From contig CH464491.1 of assembly GCA_000002445.1 (NCBI GenBank), positions 3,872,001 to 3,936,000 on the forward strand: 64,000 nucleotides of DNA, in the 5' to 3' direction. Shown here in pieces: positions 55,726-64,000 of the stretch. The first letter of the stretch is position 1. Every line of letters begins with the position of its first letter. Made by a program: the position numbers and the translations under genes. The notes under the pieces are model-generated. The model was not told where the DNA came from. It was given only the letters and a program-made list of their open reading frames with translations, and searched no databases. The DNA comes from Trypanosoma brucei (lineage: Eukaryota).

Positions 55726-56650
55726 ACCAACAGAAGCTAACCCTGCAGCTAGCTAGCACTCAATTCCAACAAAATTAAGCGATTATATGCTTCTTCCAAT
55801 GCTATGGGTGTGTGCCCTCCCTGTCACAGCACCTACCAACGCACACGTGCACTGGTAAGAAAAAATCAGTAAAGAATAGGAGAGGGGTAGGTTAAAACAC
55901 ACAATCACCTTACAACAGGAAACTTGCCCACAATATGTCCTCATGTGCAAGTACATGGGTATGTTTATACTAAAGGATATCACTCCCATTACCTACGCAC
56001 CGCACAACAAAAATAGTTTATGGTTTCCCCTTTCAACGTTCCGCTCACCTGCGCCAACACCCATCAGTGAAAAATAACAAACAATATCAGGCCTTGTCAG
56101 GTCTGCACATGCAAATACGGAGGAGAGGAGGTTGACCACCGCATTCAACTGATACGCGTTTCAGTGACGTGTGCACTGGCAGACCCCAAAAAATAAAGGA
56201 AGTGCATCACATTTAAAAGCCACTACTTTTTCGTACCACCATGTAGACATGCACATGTATGTGAATATCTAGTGGAAGGATAATGCTGACCCCCTCTTAC
56301 GTCACGACCTGAACAAAATGAGTTCGTACCATCGAACTCCAACAGCGGTAGATTTTGTTTTCACCACGACGAAGTCCTCGACCATCAGCTCCGTTACATT
56401 TGCAGTCACAAAAGTTTGAGACACAGGTAAAACGTCAAGTAAAGGCGAACTCGCCTTTACACAATCGCAAATACCGCGCAAACTACAGCCAGTCAATATG
56501 TAATAACGCCAGAAAATTAAAGGAAGATAGTCCGTCTGCTTCGGTTTGAACTAGATAATCTCAGTCACATCATTTACAACTTATTTCTCACAGCAAAGAG
56601 ACATCAGTGTCCAACTGCACAAAAATAGGAAGAGTTAATTCCTTTACCCT

Positions 56651-58465
56651 TCAAAATAATTCGTCCAGTATTGAGTCCCTCTCTACCCGTGTCCGAAGGT
56701 AGGCCAGTAACTCCTGTCGTTTCCCAGAGAGCTTAGCCATGGTGAAATATTGCTCAGATACTTCCTCCACACTGTTCTTCTCCGCTCCAAACACGGGCGA
56801 AGAAGCCGCGTACACGACAGGCACGAACCAGTCAACAGTAACTTGCTTCGCTAAAATTTCTGATGAGAGCAGCTGCGGTGGTGTAAGTAAGGGCACCCTC
56901 ATCACGCAACCCGGCTTCGGCCAATACTGCTCAACTTCCCAGTACGCCTTCAGGCGGTCCTCGAGTGAGACGACACGCCTACCGTAAGAAACGGCCTGCC
57001 GGAGGATAGCACTCATTTCTGCGTTTCCTCCATGTAAAAGTGTATGGAGCGAACTCCGGGAGTCAGTAGAAAGTTTATAGTGCTTCTCATGCGTTGCTAG
57101 AGTGAAGAGAGCCATCACCACCCGCCGGCGAATTGTTTCCTCATATGGATTCAAACCACTGTGTCCAGAAAACACACTCATTAAAAGGGGAATGAGCTGC
57201 CCAGCAACAAACGACTCATCCTGTAAATCAGTTTCAACGTGATCGTAGATGATCGGGTTATCACTCCAATGAGCACATTTTTGTAAAAAGTAAGATATTT
57301 CTTCCATAAACAAATAAGCCAGCCGTCGCTGTTCCACCATAATACAGTCATTCAACGTTACGACAATATGGGGAATGTTAGGGGGAGAAATAAGGGGTCG
57401 GCTACCGCTCTCCAGAAGGGCAACATGAATTATGGGCAACAAGGTCGGATCACCAGGCAGTGCCTCATCAGGGGTGTTGAAAATGTCTAGTGCTGCAACT
57501 TTTCCAGAAGTGGCAGACTCACCGTCATGCATAAACCAGTCGTAGCTTTCTTTTGGTCCGTACAGAAACAGCTTTACGGGAATACTCTCAGCAGTGTCAT
57601 CGACGCAGTACAACTCCCGATCAATGTCGGTAAAGTATTTGCGCTGGTTCTCGGGCAGCGTCGTCAGAGGCGGCGGCAAAAAGGTACCATTAGAAGTCTT
57701 CAGAGGTAGGGCTGTTTGCTGAACGAACTCACCCGAATCATCCAAGTGCCACCATGTTACCGCACCACGCTGTGATAAACGAGTTGCGTTGTCGCAAATG
57801 GCTCCATCCTCTAAAAAGCTGGGCCACACCAAACTTTCGCCAAGCACTGGTATAGCCGGACATTTGGAAGGATCCTCCCGATGAAACAACTGCAGATTCA
57901 GAATGTTTGGCACGACCGTATCCTCCTCCTCATCCCTAGTTTCCGCCGTGGCAGCCTCACCATCAACAGGAATATCAGGTGCTTCACTCGTCTTTTCCCC
58001 TTTAGGGGCGCGTTCGAAAACATCTTTGAACGAAGATATGAGTTGATAATAGGCCGGTGATTCCATGTGTGTGCCCGGCCCAGCCCATCCTGCCTTGAAA
58101 GCAATTTTTGGTTTCGGGAACTCATTCCAACGAGAATCAGTCACAAACTTCATACCATCGGAGCCAGTGATTCCATAAACTGCTTCACTACGCCAGCGGC
58201 CGAGGCGACAAGGAACACCCGAATCAAGGAACTTTAACGCCTCACTTTCCCCTGTTCTATCGACGCTGCAGATACCGCCACTCACGTGTTCGGACACCTC
58301 ATTAATTTTTGGAACGATGACGCAGCGCCACTTTTTTGAAACACCTGCCAGAGGACAAAGTGGAGGAAGCGGAACGCGGGAAAGCACATCAACTAAGGGA
58401 TACACTCGCAGACCGTAGTAACGGGCGTCAGTAGCCTCGTCTCTAGTACCGCCGCCCATTATCAC
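56651..58465 (-). CDS. hypothetical protein (604 aa)
   Basis: Long minus-strand ORF with no recognisable motif. Confidence 0.55.
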   Translation of the reverse strand: MIMGGGTRDEATDARYYGLRVYPLVDVLSRVPLPPLCPLAGVSKKWRCVIVPKINEVSEHVSGGICSVDRTGESEALKFLDSGVPCRLGRWRSEAVYGITGSDGMKFVTDSRWNEFPKPKIAFKAGWAGPGTHMESPAYYQLISSFKDVFERAPKGEKTSEAPDIPVDGEAATAETRDEEEDTVVPNILNLQLFHREDPSKCPAIPVLGESLVWPSFLEDGAICDNATRLSQRGAVTWWHLDDSGEFVQQTALPLKTSNGTFLPPPLTTLPENQRKYFTDIDRELYCVDDTAESIPVKLFLYGPKESYDWFMHDGESATSGKVAALDIFNTPDEALPGDPTLLPIIHVALLESGSRPLISPPNIPHIVVTLNDCIMVEQRRLAYLFMEEISYFLQKCAHWSDNPIIYDHVETDLQDESFVAGQLIPLLMSVFSGHSGLNPYEETIRRRVVMALFTLATHEKHYKLSTDSRSSLHTLLHGGNAEMSAILRQAVSYGRRVVSLEDRLKAYWEVEQYWPKPGCVMRVPLLTPPQLLSSEILAKQVTVDWFVPVVYAASSPVFGAEKNSVEEVSEQYFTMAKLSGKRQELLAYLRTRVERDSILDELF

Positions 58466-58730
58466 CCTGGACCACCTAATGACAATCTTGATATGTCACT
58501 ATGCTTCCGCTCTTAGAGGCTATTAAGAGGTAAGAGAGTAGATATAATTGCCACACCATTGTCGCTATTTACTAACAAATTAAGAGGTCACCCAATTGTA
58601 TGCAAAAACGACGAAATTCAATTTTCAACCAAATGTTACACTTGCGCATATAACCTTACTTTATTTAATGATCACACCAACTCATCACGGCGAACACAAG
58701 ACGCGCACGAACAGTACAGCCAACCAACTT

Positions 58731-59180
58731 TTAGTACAGCGACTGCGTCCTTGCTTTTGATTGTCTTTCCCTCAACGCTTTGGCTTCGCGCCCGGGATAT
58801 CTACGCGCGTCAACACGACGGTGCGACTTTGCAGCCGAGACGCTCAAACCCTCACGTACATCACCTCCCCTGGAACGCGGTGCTTTACCCTCCACTGATT
58901 CCTGGTGGTCCTGGTCTGTGCTTTGTGAAACTTCTTCAGTGTTTATTTCGGCGGCTCGCTCCGCGTCTCTTTGGGCTTTACGGCGGATTGCATACGACTG
59001 CATGATTGCGGTCATGTGAGAATCCTCTTCCCTCGCGCAGCGTTTCGCTATGACCCTACACAAACGCTTCCGCGCTCTCTGTGCCCAAGATGATGAACTA
59101 ATTTTCTTTTTTCTCTCCCGACGACGCTCTGAGCGTGTCTTCATGGGATCCCCACGACGCGCCAGACGATTGCCGCGCAT
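58731..59180 (-). CDS. small basic hypothetical protein (149 aa), uncertain
   Basis: Arg/Lys-rich ORF in the polycistron orientation. Plus-strand ORFs of similar size overlap it, so coding status is ambiguous. Confidence 0.3.
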   Translation of the reverse strand: MRGNRLARRGDPMKTRSERRRERKKKISSSSWAQRARKRLCRVIAKRCAREEDSHMTAIMQSYAIRRKAQRDAERAAEINTEEVSQSTDQDHQESVEGKAPRSRGGDVREGLSVSAAKSHRRVDARRYPGREAKALRERQSKARTQSLY

Positions 59181-59810
59181 GGCTGCTTGGGCAAACTAAA
59201 AACAACAAGATATATGCGAACTTGAAGGAGTTAACAAATGCAACTATGCACTTTAACAGGGAGACAGCGATCCTGTGTAATCTGCGGAACAAGGCGAAGT
59301 CGACCAAATCGCTTCGAACTTACGGTGCAGCGAGAAAGCTGAAGGGAGATGTAGAGAAGTGTTTATAGCAACAACGAAGATAAACCTGATGCACAGAAAA
59401 TAAACAACGGAGCAACAAGTGTACACCGGTAAAAATTACCTCAAACACTCTGAAGGAAGGGATATGAACTCTTTTTTCTTTCGATCACTATTTTACGCAG
59501 CGACAGTGTTTGGTCATTCATTGACGCAAGATATATGAAGAAAAAGAACTCCACACCCCACCTCCAGCAACATTTCCAGCTGCCGAAAAAAGCAGTCGTT
59601 AGTGTCCCACAGTTGCCGCTCACACGTGTGATAACCAGCACGAAACCGCCACAGTTTTTTCAAGTCAGCCCATCCCGCAGGTGATGGGCGACACGCGGAG
59701 GCGTGCTCTGTCTTTCATATACCTTCACGAACTCTCCCATCTCACCCCCTCACACACACACACACACGCACACACAAACATATATCCCAGTACGATGTGT
59801 AAACGCCATC

Positions 59811-60284
59811 TTACTCTCCACGAGCACGCTTTCCACCTACCTTACTCGATCCGTCACGTTTACCCACAAAATAACCTGCCTCATAACCCGCATTGAAGTA
59901 AGCCACCAACAGCTGGCGGATGTCAGCGGGAAGTCTGTCAAACATACTTTGATGCAAGACTACAGGAGCCACCGACGCATTAATGGGGGCAGCGGTAACA
60001 ATAGCCGAAGCCACCCCCGCCTCCCGCTGCCCAGACTGAAAGGAACGCAACGATGATTTTTGCTCAGACTCTGCCACTTCATCATCTTCCGTAGTGATCA
60101 AGCTTCCGTCTTCCGATACCGTCGATGGTACTGGTGCTTCATCTTCTGCCTTTTCACATTGGTCCTCTTCCAGTTGTGCATTCCACAAACGAATTAGGTC
60201 GGCATCGTCCCACAGACTGTTGTCGCCTGCACCTCGTGTGAACACAATTGTGCTTTCAGTCGACTTATTATTCCGCCGGACCAT
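59811..60284 (-). CDS. SMN: survival-of-motor-neuron (SMN)-like protein
   Basis: 157 aa. N-terminal 'WDDADLIRLWNAQLEE' resembles the SMN Gemin2-binding helix 'WDDTALIKAYDKAV'. C-terminal 'LLVAYFNAGYEAGYFVG' matches the YG-box 'LISWYMSGYHTGYYMG'. Size and layout fit the short kinetoplastid SMN. Confidence 0.7.
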   Translation of the reverse strand: MVRRNNKSTESTIVFTRGAGDNSLWDDADLIRLWNAQLEEDQCEKAEDEAPVPSTVSEDGSLITTEDDEVAESEQKSSLRSFQSGQREAGVASAIVTAAPINASVAPVVLHQSMFDRLPADIRQLLVAYFNAGYEAGYFVGKRDGSSKVGGKRARGE

Positions 60285-60410
60285 AGTCGCCCTCCTCTAA
60301 TCTCCGTCCTCACCACCCACAACTCCTTTCACGTATGCACACCGCTGCCTCTGACCCTTTGCTTAAGAGTCTTGACGATCGAAGGCAATTCGATGCCACT
60401 AATTAAACTG

Positions 60411-60440
60411 CGTTCAGAAAAGGAAAAAAAAATAGTAGTA
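60411..60440 (-). promoter_or_regulatory. polypyrimidine tract (minus strand) upstream of SMN-like gene; candidate trans-splice acceptor
   Basis: + strand 'cagaaaaggaaaaaaaaatagtagtaatcaagaaaaac' is purine-rich, i.e. polyY on the minus strand, about 130-160 nt upstream of the ATG at 60284. Confidence 0.3.
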
Positions 60441-62725
60441 ATCAAGAAAAACACGTCACTTACATATACGTGTGTTTGTGTGTAAACATACACTTCCGTA
60501 AATACTAAATATAAACAGAGAAGCACAATACAGACAGAAAGATTAATTATGTAACCACAAACTACAGAGAGGGAACAATCCACACACTCACTTACATCAC
60601 ACACAAGCTCCTACTCTTCTTTTTTTTTGCTTTCCCCTTCACCCGCCATACGCATAGAGACAACTTCACACAGTTGATTCAAGTGATTTCAAAGGTTTCA
60701 TCACAACACAACCACACACGCACGTAACATTTGTTGCGGTGCATGAGCGAAAGTGACAAAAAAGCATTACCACTGAGAATCCACATTAGGTGAGAGGAAC
60801 TATTTGTATTAAAGAGGAAGGAAGGGACTGGCGAGTGGAAACAAAAAAAGAAAAAAAAAAGAAGCGCACGACCACTGAATGGAAGGTAAACACAACCCGG
60901 AGTGAATAAATGTTATCATCCCTCGCTCATGGTTTAATAGTCCATCGAGTATTCTCATATGACACAGAGGTTTACGTGGTGAGTGTCAAAAGTTCCTCAT
61001 CTTTTATTCCTATTTGCACAACTCTTGGAAAAAAAAACAAACCGAAAAAATATGCATTGTTATTTCGCGCGTTTTCTTTGAATATTATTTCTCTTAGGAA
61101 CGTCTTAATTGTCAAGATCTGTTTCGCTACAGAGGAGAGGCTGTAACCAACTCATGTAAACTTCCGCATACCTATTTATGTGACAATGTCATAACAAAGA
61201 AACAGCAATGAAAAGAAAAAAAATGCATGGTAGAGAAAGAGAGTAAAATAATAATGATAATAATCAAAATTAGAAACAATAAGGAAAAATGGGAAGGAAA
61301 AAAAATTCAAAAATATGGAAGTAAGTAAATAAATAAACACACGGGGTAATAGTAAAAAGCGTGTAAAAAGAAAAAGGAAGGAGAAAAAGAAGATGAAGGG
61401 GATAGTAACTATTGCATGAAACCAATGGAACAAACAAACACCACCTTCTGTACCCCTCACACTCCGCATTACGCACAATAAAAAATGGGGGAGAAAATGA
61501 ACGAAGGGTAAAACAAATGAATAAAATACAACAAGAGCAGCAACAAAAGGAGAAACACTCAACGTGTTGGCCATGTACACCTTCATTTTTATTTATTCAA
61601 CCACACAAACATTGCGTAAAGAGTGAGATATATACAAGATAAAACATAAGAAAAAGAAGGATGGGGAACGCTCACGAGGGGGGGGAAGGAAAGAGCAATG
61701 CCTTTGCGTCGTTGTCCTTCGCACATAACTCCATCACACACTAACAAACATAAAAAATAAAAAAATAGTAATTATATGTAAACAATAACAATAAATAATA
61801 ATAATAATAATTACGGATTATGTGTGAATTGGGGGAGGGAAACGGAATGGAAAAAGTAAATAAAACAGTCACACTTCCGGGGCTGGAAGGAAGGGGAGAG
61901 AGAAAACGAAAATAACACCGCACTGAGATGGAGAGATGAAACAAATCAAATCAAATCAAAAATAAATAAAACGAGCTTCATGGAAAGCCATGATATACAA
62001 CAGCAACACCAGGCAACTAAATAAATAAGGTCAAAGCGAAAAGAGAAGGAAGAAAAAAGAAAAAGAAAAGGGTAAATTAAACTATCAATAAACAAATTCC
62101 CGCCATAAAGCACGGAGGCAACAGGTTTTTCCTTTTTTGAATAATTATGATAACGGCCACAGACTAACAATCCCCATGTTAGAGGAAAGTGAAAAATAGG
62201 GATGATAAATAAAATAAAGTAGGAAACGGGAGTAAAGGGAGTAAACAAAGATTTAGTTGCCACCAAAAAAAAAAAGAACAGGAGGTGATAACAACCAAAC
62301 ATGTAATTGGGGCAACTAAAATAATATGAGGTGCCTTAACATAATTAAAAAGAAAAAGAGCCTGAAAAAAATTACAAACCTGAATGTCGAACGGGGTATC
62401 TTTAAAAAAAAAAAACAATCGAAAAAGAAGTATGCTACGTTAAAGGGACGAGTTTATTTATATGCTACGGAAATTTTTGCTAGTAAAGTTAATTAAATAA
62501 ATAATTATAATAATAAATAACGATAAACATATGTTGATGTGGATAAGCTCTCGGAATACATTTAATTGCGTCTCATCCAATATCTGCACCACCTGTTCCT
62601 TTCTTTCTCTTTCCTCCCTTGCTTTAAGAACCGAAAAGGGAAAGGGTTAAAAAATAGGAAAACTAAAATATGGGAGCGTTACAGGGAGAAAAAAAAAGAG
62701 TAATAAAATAGCCTCCGTCACAAAA

Positions 62726-64000
62726 CTACCCCATGTCAAGAGTAAACATGAGGGCGGTCAGCCACCGGTCACGTTCTTCTTCAGTTTTGGTAGCAAACAG
62801 AATAGACTGCGAATGCACTGTTGAGAGCACAAATACAAACTTCTTATTGCAATCCACTTTCTCCACGCTGTTTGCCTCTGGGGAATAGAAAATTTTCATC
62901 GGCGAAACTGACTTGATTGTGTCGAGTGGCATCCTTTTACTGCGTGTGTTGCAGTTGGAGGCGCACTTTTCTTTTGCTAGTGTGACAGTTAAGTAACCGT
63001 CAGCCAAAGTGAGATACCGCTCCTTCCAACGTCCGTCAAGCGTTCCCTTAAATACAACCCCTTCCATGTGCCCGGGGATTCCCGACTCAATTTGTTTTTC
63101 AGTTTCCGACATAATCAAATTTTCCCCCTCCACTATGCCTCGCATTACGAGGACCCGCTCCTTTGCGGTGAGGTTGTAGCGGCGGCGATCCCCAATACAA
63201 TCCACAGGATTGGAAATGTAGTTCCTTTCAACTTCATCATCGGCGGCAATCATATCATACACTTGCTTTTTAAACAGGTGTAAATAGTGCTGCATCAGGG
63301 GTGTTTTCAGTAGTTGAGAAGCGCTTGGTCGTCTATCGGGATCTAACTGCAGTATATACTCAAGAAACTCTCGCATCTCAAGACTTATGCAAGGAGGAGA
63401 AGCTTTGCCATCGGTGTTAGCAGCCGAATTATTGGACTCGCCAGATTTTTGAGTTGGTGGAAGCCACATGTCACCCGATAGCACCAGTTCCTTAAGTTTT
63501 GCTGGTGAGTGTGCTTCAAAAGGGCGGCGCTTTCCTAAAAGTTCACACAACACAATACCAGCAGCCCATATGTCAGCTTTCTTTCCGTACCGCTGACCCT
63601 TTAACATCTCAGGTGAGAGGTAATAACTCGTTCCCAGGAAAGTAACAGCGATGGGGTTACTCACGCTAGTATCGTACTGTTTTGAAAAACCAAAATCACC
63701 CAGCTTCAAGAATCCGCGAGATGTGAGAAAGATGTTAGCCGTCTTAATATCGCGATGAATCATTCGCCGCCGGTGGACGTGGTCAAGACCTAAAAGTAAC
63801 TGAACAAACAACACTCCAGCCTCCCTCTCAGTAGGGAAGCGGTCGCTGGGCATGTGGTGAAGGTTGCGATACAAATCCCCTTTATCCGCGAACTCTGTTA
63901 TAATAACAATTGTTTGAAACTCGTCATCAATGTAGAAGTGCTCGTAATACCGTACAATAGCGAAATGATCAGCATTCGCCAAACACATTATTTCCGTCTG
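62726..64000 (-). CDS. NEK-type Ser/Thr protein kinase with C-terminal PH domain (N-terminus beyond window end)
   Basis: Kinase subdomains 'MIHRDIKTANIFL', 'KLGDFGFSK', 'GTSYYLSPEM' (NEK-like GT[PS]YY[LM]SPE) and 'DIWAAGIVLCELL'. The C-terminal 'VFKGTLDGRWKERYLTLADGYLTVTLAKEK ... ERDRWLTALM' is PH-domain-like. The glycine loop and VAIK lie upstream of position 64000, so the gene is partial. Confidence 0.8.
   Translation of the reverse strand, partial: QTEIMCLANADHFAIVRYYEHFYIDDEFQTIVIITEFADKGDLYRNLHHMPSDRFPTEREAGVLFVQLLLGLDHVHRRRMIHRDIKTANIFLTSRGFLKLGDFGFSKQYDTSVSNPIAVTFLGTSYYLSPEMLKGQRYGKKADIWAAGIVLCELLGKRRPFEAHSPAKLKELVLSGDMWLPPTQKSGESNNSAANTDGKASPPCISLEMREFLEYILQLDPDRRPSASQLLKTPLMQHYLHLFKKQVYDMIAADDEVERNYISNPVDCIGDRRRYNLTAKERVLVMRGIVEGENLIMSETEKQIESGIPGHMEGVVFKGTLDGRWKERYLTLADGYLTVTLAKEKCASNCNTRSKRMPLDTIKSVSPMKIFYSPEANSVEKVDCNKKFVFVLSTVHSQSILFATKTEEERDRWLTALMFTLDMG

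Noticed and set aside
61176-62418. Minus-strand ORFs of 136, 118 and 79 aa in the A/T-rich region
   Set aside because: Phe/Leu/Tyr-dominated low-complexity translations of A/T-rich spacer sequence. They are not credible proteins.

Overview
This window reads as nuclear DNA from a kinetoplastid (Trypanosoma-like). Every credible gene (about 24) lies on the minus strand, which fits a single polycistronic transcription unit with no strand-switch region in the window. Genes are intron-less, closely spaced, and preceded by polypyrimidine/AG trans-splice acceptor tracts; on the + strand these show as purine-rich runs just 3' (higher coordinate) of each gene start. Microsatellites are scattered through it: (TA)n, (GA)n, (AC)n, (TGG)n and (TC)n. 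Confident protein calls, with the motifs seen in the provided translations, are: PIF1-family DNA helicase, Zc3h12a/NYN-type RNase-like protein, PP2A B55 regulatory subunit, bacterial-type single-domain NH3-dependent NAD+ synthetase (NadE), DNA polymerase B-subunit family protein, coatomer epsilon, membrane-anchored PP2C phosphatase, a 3299-aa giant ORF, SpoU/TrmH-class RNA methyltransferase, WW+CCCH ZFP-family RNA-binding protein, Pumilio/PUF protein, PEBP/MRP-L38-like protein, SMN-like protein with YG box, and a partial NEK-type kinase with C-terminal PH domain. There are also several kinetoplastid-style hypothetical proteins, an acidic tandem-repeat protein, and a small protein with a C-terminal PIP-box/PIP-degron-like motif. 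I found no tRNA, rRNA, CRISPR, bacterial operon or defence-system architecture; this is a eukaryotic chromosome-internal region. All identifications rest on motif recognition in the ORF track, not on database searches.
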